From assembly GCA_035494015.1 (NCBI GenBank), contig DATJHJ010000030.1, positions 5,047-69,046 of the forward strand: a stretch of DNA of 64,000 nt, given 5' to 3'. Below, piece after piece: positions 46,550-55,179 of the stretch. Positions within the stretch are counted from its first letter, which is position 1. The number at the start of each line of letters is the position of its first letter. The notes beneath the pieces were generated by a model, which saw only the letters and a list, made by a program, of their open reading frames with translations, made no database searches and was not told the origin of the DNA. The stretch is from Acidimicrobiales bacterium (GTDB lineage: Bacteria > Actinomycetota > Acidimicrobiia > Acidimicrobiales > AC-14). The position numbers and the translations under genes were made by a program.

Positions 46550-46684
46550 ATTCGGATCGGCTTCGACGGCACCCCCCTGCTCGGTTCCCGGACCGGGGTG
46601 GGCTGGTACACCCTCGACGCCGCGGCCATCGTGCACCGCCGCTCCGGCAAGTTCGTGCTGGAGGCGTCCGCCAACGGCGTCTGA
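46550..46684 (+). pseudogene. 5' stub of a GT4 glycosyltransferase gene (start codon ATG->ATT; homology lost after about 25 codons)
   Basis: (I)RIGFDGTPLLGSRTGVGWYT aligns with MRIGFDGTPLLGSKTGVGWYT of the intact gene at 59084. It sits at the same 13-nt distance from the small-ORF stop. Confidence 0.8.
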
Positions 46685-46807
46685 TCTCGCACGGTGTGCG
46701 CCGGTCGTCCGCACCGGGTGCCCGGCCACCCAACGGCTACGCTCCGGCCACCACGGGCGCGGTGCTCGCGGGGACGACGATCTGGTCGTCGTCCGAGAAG
46801 GAGCACA

Positions 46808-47326
46808 TTGCGACGGTTCGGTTTCCAGCGGCCCGGCGTCATCACCGCGCTCGCCTCAGCGCTCATATTCTTCCCTCTCGCCGGCGCGGCGTGGGCGCCC
46901 AGCGGCCACAACTGGAACAGCCAGATGCCCTTCACGGGCACGATCCGCTCCAGCGTCGGCGGCGAGACCGTCGAGCTGAGCGGGCGGATGCACGTGGTGA
47001 TCGACGTGAGCGGCACGGAGACCACCGGCTTCAACGTTGGCCTGCACGCAAACCTGGACGAGACCGCGGGCACGGGGGAGACGAGCGGCCAGCCCTACAT
47101 CGGCGACGGCGCCGACCAAGCCAGCGTGCAGCTCGCACCCGGACCCCTGGCCGGCTCGGTGTCCTTTTCCCCCAGCTTCGTGCTCCATCCGCCGAGCCCG
47201 TGCCGAATTGGGCATCCGCCCGGCCCCTGCCATGCCACCAGCGCCCTTGGCGCTCATGTCACCGTGTCATTCAACACAGACGGCACGTCCGTCGTGGTCG
47301 CGCTCGACGATCCTGCGAGTACCTGA
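46808..47326 (+). CDS. secreted hypothetical protein
   Basis: TTG 46808 has AAGGAG 4 nt upstream. The signal peptide is LRRFGFQRPGVITALASALIFFPLAGAAWA. No family recognised. Confidence 0.55.
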   Translation: MRRFGFQRPGVITALASALIFFPLAGAAWAPSGHNWNSQMPFTGTIRSSVGGETVELSGRMHVVIDVSGTETTGFNVGLHANLDETAGTGETSGQPYIGDGADQASVQLAPGPLAGSVSFSPSFVLHPPSPCRIGHPPGPCHATSALGAHVTVSFNTDGTSVVVALDDPAST

Positions 47327-47401
47327 GCGCGAGACACCTTGTCGGCGGACACCAACGGGCTGTTCCACGACCACCGCAATGTCGTCGCGGGCTGCCTGCG
47401 G

Positions 47402-48745
47402 TCAGGGAGCGCGTGCGGCGTCTACCGGGAGAGGCCGGCGCGATGCCCGCCAGGCCCGCAGGAGATGGTCGGGGCGGGCCATCAGCTCAGGGCGCGCTTG
47501 GAGGTTGAGGACCCGGAGAAAGAGGCGGTGCGTCGCGACGTCACGCAGTGTCGCCTGGGTGTAGAGGTCATTGACGTGCTGGGTCAGCCACAAACCCCGC
47601 GGCCGGTCGCCGGTGACATGGCTCAGCCGGAAGTCGGCCGTCGTCGACAGCGTCCATACCGAATCGACCACGGAGCGCAACCGCCGGAAGTAGCCGGCGG
47701 CCGGCTCGAACGGCGTGGCGCCAGAGTCGAGGTATGCGCCGATCTGGGCCGCGTGAAGGGCGGCGGACGTCATCCCCTGGCCGTAGATCGGGTTGAACGA
47801 AGCGACCGCGTCCCCGGCGGCGAGGAAGCCGCCGGGGAGCCTCGTACAGCGGTCGTAGTCGCGCCGCACGCTGGCCGGGTACCGGAACGTGACGACGTCG
47901 GTGAGGGCGTCGTCGCGGGCGGCGAACCCCTGCAGCGGGACGGCGGGGTCCGTCGCGAGGCGGGACGAGAAGTCGGCGGGGTCCATCGTGGGACGGTCGT
48001 CGTGGTAGCCACCGACCGTCACGATCCACCGCGCCCCCTCGACGGCGAAGGCCGCCGACCCCCGGAACCCGTCGGCTCGCTCGACCACGGAGAGAATGCC
48101 TCGGGCGCCGCCGAGTCGGTCCCCGGGCTGACGGGGGAACAACCGCGTGGCATAACCCAATTCGACGTTCACCGTCCGGCGGGGCGGCGCGTCGTACCCC
48201 AGCGCGCCCAGCCAGGCGTCGGCGCGACTGGTACGCCCGGAGCAGTCGACGACCAGGTCACCCTTGAGGTGCTCGCCAGCGGTCGTTTCGGACGGCGCCT
48301 CGAGTACAACGCCGTCGACCGTGCCGTCGGTGGCGGTGAGGCGGTCGACTCGACCATGGACCATCGTGACCGCGCGGAGAGCGGTCAGCCGCCGGCGCAG
48401 GTGGGCCTCGAGAAAGGGCCGGGTGCAAGCGATGCCGTTCCCGATCCCCGCCGGAGGCTTCCGTTCACCCGCCACGTACCAGTGGAGATCGATGCCCGGG
48501 TCGGCGACCTCAGCGCCCTCAGCGGCGAGCTCCGCCATGATGCCCGGGAACAGTCGCTCCATCTCCTCCAGGCCCCGGGCGAGAAGCCCGTGTACGTGCC
48601 GTCCCTGCGGCACGCCCTTCCGTCCGGCGGGGGCGATGCCCAGCTCGTCCCGGTCGACGACCACCACCTCGTCGGCGTGGTCCGTGAGGACACGGGCGGC
48701 GAGGAGGCCGGCGACGCTCCCGCCGATCACCAGGGCGCGCTTCAC
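47402..48745 (-). CDS. FAD-dependent monooxygenase/oxidoreductase
   Basis: 447 aa. MKRALVIGGSVAGLLAARVL (GxGxxG) ...DRD, and a DxxxxxNPxxGQG-like GDAVASFNPIYGQGMT. Confidence 0.8.
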   Translation of the reverse strand: MKRALVIGGSVAGLLAARVLTDHADEVVVVDRDELGIAPAGRKGVPQGRHVHGLLARGLEEMERLFPGIMAELAAEGAEVADPGIDLHWYVAGERKPPAGIGNGIACTRPFLEAHLRRRLTALRAVTMVHGRVDRLTATDGTVDGVVLEAPSETTAGEHLKGDLVVDCSGRTSRADAWLGALGYDAPPRRTVNVELGYATRLFPRQPGDRLGGARGILSVVERADGFRGSAAFAVEGARWIVTVGGYHDDRPTMDPADFSSRLATDPAVPLQGFAARDDALTDVVTFRYPASVRRDYDRCTRLPGGFLAAGDAVASFNPIYGQGMTSAALHAAQIGAYLDSGATPFEPAAGYFRRLRSVVDSVWTLSTTADFRLSHVTGDRPRGLWLTQHVNDLYTQATLRDVATHRLFLRVLNLQARPELMARPDHLLRAWRASRRPLPVDAARAP

Positions 48746-48798
48746 GTCCCAATGGCTACCAGAGGGAACGGGATCGCCAGGTTCGTCAGACTGGAGAC

Positions 48799-49364
48799 GT
48801 GCATTCTCCTCTCGTCCGCCGCGGGCTCGGCGCGGTGGTCATGACATTCGCCGTTGCGACCGCCTGCGGCAATCCGGAGTCGGCGGTACGGTCCGAGGGC
48901 CAAGCCCGCCCCACCACGATCGTGCCCACGTCCGGCACGCTGGGCGGAGGGCCGAGCACCGTCGTACCCGCCACGACCTCGACCACCGCTCCCGCCGGCG
49001 CGGTCGCGACATCGACGACAACCCCGGCGGCGGCAGTCGCGGCCGTGCGGGGCACGGTGCTCTTTAGCCCGGTCTGCCCGGTCGAGCGCATACCACCCGA
49101 TCCCCAGTGCGCCCCCCGTCCCGGCACGGCCGACATCCAGCCGACATCCAGCTCGTGCGCGCGGACACCACCATCGCCGCTCAACGCCGGGCCGGCCTGG
49201 ACGGGCAGTTCAGCGCGGTTGTTGCCCCCGGCTCCTATACCGTCCGGGCCACATTGCCGGCTCCGGGGCCGGGCACGGGGTGCCAGGTGGAGCCATCACA
49301 GGTGACGGTCGGCGCCCGCGCCGTCGCGCTCGTGGCCGTCCGCTGCGACACCGGCATCCGCTGA
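48799..49364 (+). pseudogene. lipoprotein gene interrupted by an 11-bp tandem duplication (frameshift)
   Basis: The signal/lipobox MHSPLVRRGLGAVVMTFAVATAC is in frame 1 (track ORF 48799..). After 49151 the sensible translation (LVRADTTIAAQRRAGLDGQFSAVVAPGSYTVRATL...VAVRCDTGIR) continues in the frame of track ORF 49107-49364. Removing one 11-bp unit fuses the two. Confidence 0.7.
49130..49151 (+). repeat. perfect 11-bp tandem duplication ccgacatccag x2
   Basis: Read directly: ...cggcacggCCGACATCCAGCCGACATCCAGctcgtg... Confidence 0.95.
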
Positions 49365-49377
49365 GCCAGGCGGTTCC

Positions 49378-50940
49378 TCAGGTCCCGGGGATCGAGGCCG
49401 GCCCCGGTGCGGGGCGCTCGGGCAGTGTCATGGGCGGCCGGGGGGGCTGCGTGAAGTCGAAGGCGGCCGTGATGTCGCCGAGCTGCTTGGCGTCCTCGCG
49501 TACGTCGGGCCTGGGATCGGGCCGGCCGTCCGTCGCCGGGTCCAGCCGCTGGCCGCCCAGGAAGTCGTCCTCGATGAACTTGGCGTAGGCGTCGAAGCTG
49601 AGGGTCTGGTGATCGATGTAGCCCTTCTTGGCGTAAGGGCTGATCACGAGGCCGGGGACGCGTAGCCCGTAGCCGTTCTCGTCGACCTTGGGGGGGACGA
49701 CGTGGTCGTAGAAGCCGCCCCAGTCGTCCCACGCCAGGAAGATGGCCGTCGAGCTCCAGTCCGGCCCGTTCATCACCGCGTTGACCAGGCTGGTCACATA
49801 GGCCTGACCCGCAGAAGTCGCGCCCGGCGGGTGCTCGCTGACCGCGCCCGACGGCACCACCCACGACACCGCCGGCAGCGCCCCCGCCTTGGCCTGGCTG
49901 TAGAAGTTCGCCACGGACTGGATGTCGGCCTCCTGGCCGTCCTGACGGACCGTGTCAAAGAAGGGCAGCGGGTTCCAGATGCCCGGCGTCTTGGCGTCCT
50001 GCTTGACCGGCGCGCAGCTGAGGGCGGCGTCGTTCTGGCAGTCGGGTTCCGTCCCGGTCACCACGTAGTACCCCCAGCTCACGTTGTTCTTGTGCAGGAG
50101 GTACGTCAGGTCGGTCCAGGGGTAGTCGGGCCCCTTCACCGGGGCAACCTGGTCGCCCTCCGCGTCGGTCCCAGACGGCGCCGTGGTCGAAGTCGTGGCG
50201 GCCGCCTTCCCCCCGGCCGGCGCCTTGGCCTTGGCCTTGGCCTTGGCCTTCGCTTTCGACGTGGCCGTGCCCGCGGCGACGTTCGGGTTGGCGGGATTCT
50301 GCAGCGCGTTGACGCAGCTCGACGGGTCACCGGCCTCCGAGCACAGCGCCGACCACTCCGAAACCATGAAGAGGTGCTCGGGGAGGCTCCACGACGCGTT
50401 GGGCTCGAACATGTGGTCCTGAAGCACGAAGTTCTGGGCGTAGGCCCAGTAGTTCGGGATCTCGCGAGCGTCCTTCCACCCCATCACATCGGAGCCGTTG
50501 CCGTTGGCGCAGGCCGGGTTGTTCGGGTCGGCGCACCCCTTCGCCGCTTTGGTCACCGACTCGACGAACCCGTCCATCTTGCCACCGTCCACGTCGGCGA
50601 CCGCGTTGACCTCGCCGTGCGGGCCGCCGCCGTTGACGTCGGCATCGTCGTGGAACGGCTTCCGGCACGGTCCGGCTGGAGCGGGCAGGCACACTGTGGG
50701 CTGGCCATCCTTCATGGGAATGCCGTCGGCACCCGGATAGGTGCCGAAGTACGTGTCGAAGGAGCGGTTCTCCTGCATGATGACGATGACGTGGCTGATC
50801 TTGTGGATGCCGCCTGAGGCCGCGACCGTACTGGCGGGGCCGGGGCCGGACGACGGCGTTCCGGTCGGCGACGAACAGGCTGCGAGCAGGGCGGCGCCCG
50901 CGGCGATGGCCACCATCGAGGTCCGGGAGTGGCGGGTCAT
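49378..50940 (-). CDS. phosphoesterase-family lipoprotein (phospholipase C / AcpA-like acid phosphatase)
   Basis: ATG 50940 with GAAGGAGA upstream. [22 protein letters not shown] lipobox. [21 protein letters not shown] is the PF04185-type signature. It has an internal (KA)n insertion. Confidence 0.85.
   Translation of the reverse strand: MTRHSRTSMVAIAAGAALLAACSSPTGTPSSGPGPASTVAASGGIHKISHVIVIMQENRSFDTYFGTYPGADGIPMKDGQPTVCLPAPAGPCRKPFHDDADVNGGGPHGEVNAVADVDGGKMDGFVESVTKAAKGCADPNNPACANGNGSDVMGWKDAREIPNYWAYAQNFVLQDHMFEPNASWSLPEHLFMVSEWSALCSEAGDPSSCVNALQNPANPNVAAGTATSKAKAKAKAKAKAPAGGKAAATTSTTAPSGTDAEGDQVAPVKGPDYPWTDLTYLLHKNNVSWGYYVVTGTEPDCQNDAALSCAPVKQDAKTPGIWNPLPFFDTVRQDGQEADIQSVANFYSQAKAGALPAVSWVVPSGAVSEHPPGATSAGQAYVTSLVNAVMNGPDWSSTAIFLAWDDWGGFYDHVVPPKVDENGYGLRVPGLVISPYAKKGYIDHQTLSFDAYAKFIEDDFLGGQRLDPATDGRPDPRPDVREDAKQLGDITAAFDFTQPPRPPMTLPERPAPGPASIPGT
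50222..50257 (-). repeat. in-frame hexanucleotide repeat (GCCTTG)x4 plus two degenerate units encoding (KA)n
   Basis: gccttggccttggccttggccttggccttcgctttc encodes [13 protein letters not shown] inside the phosphoesterase. Confidence 0.9.
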
Positions 50941-51067
50941 GGTGGGACGATCTCCTTCTGGTGTTGGGTCACGAAGGGGATCCCATGAAGCTTCTATGAG
51001 GAAGCGGCGGATGCACGTCACCCGCGCCCGGGCCGCCGTGAGCCCGACCGTCGGCTCACCGATGACG

Positions 51068-51403
51068 CTACGTGGCGACGACCTCGTAGACCGCGGCGTG
51101 GATGGAGAAGGCGCTCAGCCGGCCGGACGCCTCCTGGAAGCCCTGGCTCTGGGTGGCGGCCCGGAACGCGTCCGGGTTCTCCCAGCGGGTCACGTTCACG
51201 AACCGGAAGTCCGGCGCCGCCGATACCGCCTTGTGCAGCTTGGTGCTCATGAGACCGGGCTGGTTCTTCATGAACGCCTGGGCCCGGTTCCACGAGTCGA
51301 GGAAGCGCTCCGAGTCCTCCGCCGAGACCTCGTACGCCACGATCGCCGTGACCGGCTTGTTCGTCAGCTCTTCCACTGCAGGCCTCCCCGTCGTTGTCGC
51401 CAC
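51068..51403 (-). CDS. antibiotic-biosynthesis-monooxygenase (ABM) domain protein
   Basis: 111 aa. ...[40 protein letters not shown]...[16 protein letters not shown]... is the typical ABM ferredoxin-like pattern. Confidence 0.75.
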   Translation of the reverse strand: MATTTGRPAVEELTNKPVTAIVAYEVSAEDSERFLDSWNRAQAFMKNQPGLMSTKLHKAVSAAPDFRFVNVTRWENPDAFRAATQSQGFQEASGRLSAFSIHAAVYEVVAT

Positions 51404-51470
51404 TGACCGTCGAACGGGCCCATCGTAGTAAGGGGTCGGGGTCAGCGGGGACCTGCTCTACCATCGGGCC

Positions 51471-52460
51471 ATGAGCGGTGGTGCGCCGATGGCCTGCGGG
51501 GCCGAGATCGTGTCCGACACCGTGCTCACCGCCGACCTGGTGTGCGAGGCGGGCCCCGCCCTGGTGATCGCCGCCGACGGGGTCACCGTGGATCTCGGCG
51601 GCCACACGGTCTCGTCCACCGGCGACTCCGGCGAACGGGGCCCCGGCATCCTGTTCCGCGGCGTGCGGGACTGCACGGTGCGCAACGGCACCATCGAGCG
51701 CTTCGACGCCGGGGTGGCCATCGAGGGCGGCGGCGCCAATGTGGTCGAGGGTCTCACCGTGCAGGACAATGTCGGTTCGACCGACGGCGATTTCGGCGAC
51801 GGCATCGTCATCAACCGCTCGAGCGACAACCGGGTGCAGGGCAACGTCCTGCGCCGGAACGGCCCCTTCAGCGGCATCTCGCTCGGCCCCCAGGCCACGG
51901 GCAACCAGATCCTCGAGAACACGGTCGCCGACCACGACATGTCCCACGTCCCCTTCCCCGACGCCGGTCGCCAGACCATGGGCATCCGCATCGAGGGGCC
52001 GGCGGCGAACCACAACCGGGTCGAGGGCAACACCGTCACCGGCAGCGGCTGCGACGGGATCGTCGTCCTCGCCACCTGCGACAACCCCGGTGACGAGCCC
52101 CCCTGCGTCGGCACCCCCCCGAACGAGCACAACGAGATCATCGCCAACGTCTCCAGCGGCAACGGTCGCAGCGGCCGGGGCTGCGGGATCCGCCTGTTCA
52201 GCATGCCCCTGCCCATGCCGCCGGTGCACAACGTCGTGCGCGACAACGTGGTCGACGGCAACACGTCGTACGGCATCGCCCTCGACGGCCTCCCGCTTCG
52301 CGCCCCGGGCAACACCGCCATCGGCAACCGCGGTCGCAACAACGGCGAGTTCGACGGCTCGGACGGCACGCTCATGCCCCCATGCGGGAAGAACGTGTGG
52401 GAGGACAACGACTTCGCGACGGTCAACCAGCCGGGCGTGGCCCGCCGCTCCGGCGGCTAG
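51471..52460 (+). CDS. right-handed parallel beta-helix (PbH1/CASH, NosD-like) repeat protein, no signal peptide
   Basis: 329 aa. About 7 PbH1-like repeats (e.g. GIVINRSSDNRVQGNVLRRN, GIRIEGPAANHNRVEGNTVTGS, GIALDG..PGNTAIGNRGRNN) and about 12 Cys. Stops lie immediately upstream in frame, so no leader is possible. Confidence 0.75.
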   Translation: MSGGAPMACGAEIVSDTVLTADLVCEAGPALVIAADGVTVDLGGHTVSSTGDSGERGPGILFRGVRDCTVRNGTIERFDAGVAIEGGGANVVEGLTVQDNVGSTDGDFGDGIVINRSSDNRVQGNVLRRNGPFSGISLGPQATGNQILENTVADHDMSHVPFPDAGRQTMGIRIEGPAANHNRVEGNTVTGSGCDGIVVLATCDNPGDEPPCVGTPPNEHNEIIANVSSGNGRSGRGCGIRLFSMPLPMPPVHNVVRDNVVDGNTSYGIALDGLPLRAPGNTAIGNRGRNNGEFDGSDGTLMPPCGKNVWEDNDFATVNQPGVARRSGG

Positions 52461-52490
52461 CGTTCCGCGGGTCGACGAGAGGGGGCGGAC

Positions 52491-52985
52491 GTGTCCAATC
52501 CGGGGCAACCCACCATCGGTCCGGGGGCGAGTGGCGACGTGGTCCGGCGGGCCCAGCGGGCGTTGCGGCGGACGCCGAACCTGGGCTTGGTGGTCGACGG
52601 CGTGTTCGGCCCCCTCACGGAAACCGCGGTCAAGGAGTTCCAGGAGGGCGCCGGCTTGGCCGTCGACGGGATCGTCGGCCCGAACACCTGGGCCGCGCTG
52701 CCCAACGGGGGCGCCATGCCGGTGTTGAAGAAGGGCTCGACCGGCCTGGTCGTCGCCCGGCTCCAGAACGTGCTCACCAACGGCGCCCCCGGCCAGTGGG
52801 GGACCACACCCGGCCCCATCGACGAGGACTTCGGCCCGCTGACCGCCGCCGCAGTCGAGGCCTTCCAGAGCTGGGGCGGCGTGCCCGCGGACGGGGTGGT
52901 GGGCGACCTGACCTGGTCGGTGTCGCTCCACGCCCTGAGCGCCACCCTGGAGTCCGTCGTCGGGCTCGAGTTCGCCTCGAGCTGA
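52491..52985 (+). CDS. protein made of two peptidoglycan-binding (PG_binding_1-like) domains, no catalytic domain, no signal peptide
   Basis: GTG start with GAGAGGGGG upstream. GDVVRRAQRAL...VDGVFGPLTETAVKEFQ...GLAVDGIVGPNTWAAL and a second copy GLVVARLQNVL...EDFGPLTAAAVEAFQ...ADGVVGDLTW. Confidence 0.75.
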   Translation: MSNPGQPTIGPGASGDVVRRAQRALRRTPNLGLVVDGVFGPLTETAVKEFQEGAGLAVDGIVGPNTWAALPNGGAMPVLKKGSTGLVVARLQNVLTNGAPGQWGTTPGPIDEDFGPLTAAAVEAFQSWGGVPADGVVGDLTWSVSLHALSATLESVVGLEFASS

Positions 52986-53004
52986 GGCGGGCTACCGTCC
53001 GCCC

Positions 53005-53472
53005 GTGGCCCTTCCCGTCCCGCCCGGCGACGAGAAGGAGCTCCTGCTCGGCTGGCTGCAGTTCCTGCGCGAGTCCGTGCTGCGCAAGGCGGAGGGGCTC
53101 GACGAGGACCAGGCCCGGTGGCGGCCGGATGGCAAGCTCATCGCCATCGCCGGGATCGTCAACCATCTGGCCCACGTCGAGTGGCGGTGGATCGACGGGA
53201 CGCTTCGGGGCGAGCCGGTGTCCCGCAGCGAGGACGAGTTCACCGTCCCCCGGGACCGCCCCTTCGCCGAGGTGGTCGACGCCTACCGCCGGCGGGCGGC
53301 GGCGACCGACGCCACGGTGCGGGGGGCGGACCTTGACGCGGCCTGCCACCATCCCGGCCATCCCGGCATCGACCTGCGGTGGGTCCTGCTCCACCTGATC
53401 GAGGAGACGGCCCGCCACGCCGGCCACGCCGACGCCACCCGGGAATTGCTCGACGGTGTGACCGGGGTCTGA
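53005..53472 (+). CDS. DinB-family (DUF664) protein
   Basis: 155 aa. WVLLHLIEETARHAGHADATRE plus IVNHLAHVEWRW. Paralog of 10564-11142. Confidence 0.8.
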   Translation: MALPVPPGDEKELLLGWLQFLRESVLRKAEGLDEDQARWRPDGKLIAIAGIVNHLAHVEWRWIDGTLRGEPVSRSEDEFTVPRDRPFAEVVDAYRRRAAATDATVRGADLDAACHHPGHPGIDLRWVLLHLIEETARHAGHADATRELLDGVTGV

Positions 53473-54237
53473 TTGGTCCACGAGGTCGCCGCCGTCGGGT
53501 TCGGGCGCGAGGCGGCGGCCTACGAGCGCTCCCGGCCGTCCTACCCGCCTGCGGTCGTCGCCTGGCTGGTCGAGAACCTGCGGATCGGCCCCGGCGCGGT
53601 CGTGGTCGACCTGGCGGCGGGAACGGGCAAGCTCACCCGCCTGCTGGTCCCCGCGGGGGCGGCGATCGTCGCCGTCGAGCCGGTCGTGGGGATGAGCGAG
53701 GTGTTCCGGGAACTGCTGCCCGAGGTGCCGCTCGTCGCCGGCACCGCCGAGGCCCTGCCGGTCCGGTCGTCGTCGCTCGACGCGGTGTGCGTGGCCCAGG
53801 CCTTCCACTGGTTCAACGCCGATGCCGCCTTCGCCGAGCTGGCCCGGGCGCTGCGGCCGGGCGGCCGGGTGGGGATCGTGTGGAACGCCCGGGACCGCGC
53901 CGTCGATTGGGTCGACCGGGTGTGGGGCGTGATGGATCACGTCGAGCGTCGCGCCCCGTGGCGGGACCACGAGAACTGGCGGGAGTCGGCCCTGGGGGCG
54001 CGGCCGGGGTTCGGCCCCCTGCACAGCGCGACCTTCCGTCACGAGCAGCCCACCACGCCGGAGGGCATCGTCGACCGGATACGGGGGGTGAGCCACGTGG
54101 CCGTCCTCCCGGCGGACGAGCGGGCCGAGGTGCTCGACGAGGTGCGCCGCATCCTGGCCGAGCACCCGGACACCAGCGGGCGCGACCAGCTGGCCGTCCC
54201 GTACCGGGTCGACTGCTTCTGGGCCGAGCGGCGCTGA
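53473..54237 (+). CDS. class I SAM-dependent methyltransferase
   Basis: TTG start immediately after the DinB stop (TGATTG). VVDLAAGTGKLT motif I and LRPGGRVGIVWN. Confidence 0.8.
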   Translation: MVHEVAAVGFGREAAAYERSRPSYPPAVVAWLVENLRIGPGAVVVDLAAGTGKLTRLLVPAGAAIVAVEPVVGMSEVFRELLPEVPLVAGTAEALPVRSSSLDAVCVAQAFHWFNADAAFAELARALRPGGRVGIVWNARDRAVDWVDRVWGVMDHVERRAPWRDHENWRESALGARPGFGPLHSATFRHEQPTTPEGIVDRIRGVSHVAVLPADERAEVLDEVRRILAEHPDTSGRDQLAVPYRVDCFWAERR

Positions 54238-54242
54238 CGCAG

Positions 54243-54659
54243 GTGTACCTCGACCCGTCCGACGAGAGCGCCCGGGCCCTGTTCCGGCGGGGCATCGACG
54301 GCCCGGTCACCATGCTCAACCTGCTGCGGTTCCGAGAATGGGCCGACTATTCCGAGTTCCCCGCGCTGGCCCCGGCCCAGCCGATCTCCGGCGCCGACGC
54401 CTACGACCGCTACGTTCGCCACACCCTCCCGTTCCTGGCGGCCCGCGGCGGCTCGGTGACCTTCTTCGGCGCCGGCGGCCCCTGGTTCGTGGGGCCCGGC
54501 GACGAGCGGTGGGACCTGGTCATGCTCATCCGCCAGGCCAGCGTGGCCGACTTCTTCGCCTTCGCCACCGACGAGGGCTACCTGGCCGGCATCGGCCACC
54601 GGACGGCGGCGCTGGAGGACTCCCGGCTCCTCCCGATCGTCGACCGTCCCCTGCCCTGA
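54243..54659 (+). CDS. DUF1330-like protein
   Basis: GTG 54243, 5 nt after the methyltransferase stop. 138 aa. ...VTMLNLLRF...YDRYVRHTLPFLAARGGSVTFFG...WDLVMLIRQASVADFFAF...YL... resembles DUF1330 (dimeric alpha-beta barrel). Confidence 0.6.
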   Translation: MYLDPSDESARALFRRGIDGPVTMLNLLRFREWADYSEFPALAPAQPISGADAYDRYVRHTLPFLAARGGSVTFFGAGGPWFVGPGDERWDLVMLIRQASVADFFAFATDEGYLAGIGHRTAALEDSRLLPIVDRPLP

Positions 54660-54674
54660 CCGGCCGGGCTGCGG

Positions 54675-55139
54675 TCAGTACTCGTTCTTGATGACGAAGT
54701 AGGAGCCGCGGATGGTCCCGGCCAACTTCGACTTCTGCCTGGCGAACTTGAACCGGGAGGCGAGCTCTTCGGGTATCTCCATCCCGTCCGAGAGCTTGAA
54801 CCCGACCGCCCGCTTCTCGGGGCCGTCGACGGTGTACATCACGTTGATCGACAGGCCGCTCTCGTAGAAGACGTAGGCCATGCGGATGTTCTCGACCTGG
54901 AAGGCGGTGGCCTCCAGGGGCGGGGACGAGATGACGATGTCCCGTTCTTCCTTGAGGATCCGGTGCACCCACTCGATGGTGTCGGCGGCGTCGCTGGCCG
55001 GCTCCACCGTGAAGTCGTGGTCGTACTTGTTCTTGAAGTAGCGGGCCTCGTTGGCCCGGAGACCGGCGAGGGCGGCGGCGACCGGCGACGACTCCAGGCC
55101 GACGGTCGAGACGTTGTGAAAATCAACGGGGGAGGCCAC
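54675..55139 (-). CDS. orphan hypothetical protein, compositional outlier (lower GC, Lys/Asn/Tyr/Phe-rich)
   Basis: GTG 55139, 154 aa, ending ...RFKFARQKSKLAGTIRGSYFVIKNEY. GC is about mid-50s to 60% by eye against about 70% background. No family recognised. Confidence 0.55.
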   Translation of the reverse strand: MASPVDFHNVSTVGLESSPVAAALAGLRANEARYFKNKYDHDFTVEPASDAADTIEWVHRILKEERDIVISSPPLEATAFQVENIRMAYVFYESGLSINVMYTVDGPEKRAVGFKLSDGMEIPEELASRFKFARQKSKLAGTIRGSYFVIKNEY

Positions 55140-55179
55140 GCCGGTCCCGAGGTTACTGGCTACTGCGGCGGTGACGCGA

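Larger units (their letters stand above)
44499..46627 (+). repeat. direct repeat copy A (about 2.1 kb) of the aminotransferase-like/folP/small-ORF/GT4-5' segment
   Basis: Collinear with 57587-59171. About 42 mismatches in a 300-nt stretch compared by eye (about 86% identity). All genes in this copy are intact except the GT4 stub. Confidence 0.85.

Noticed and set aside
48854-49588. 244-aa plus-strand ORF overlapping the frameshifted lipoprotein gene and the 3' end of the phosphoesterase gene.
   Set aside because: It is an Arg/Pro-rich off-frame translation. The two other frames carry the lipoprotein signal and the coherent C-terminal domain joined by the 11-bp duplication.
52491-52985. The PG-binding-domain protein considered as a phage endolysin (evidence for an intact prophage).
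   Set aside because: No amidase, muramidase or peptidase domain is present, and no capsid, terminase, portal or tail genes occur in the island. At most it is a domesticated fragment.
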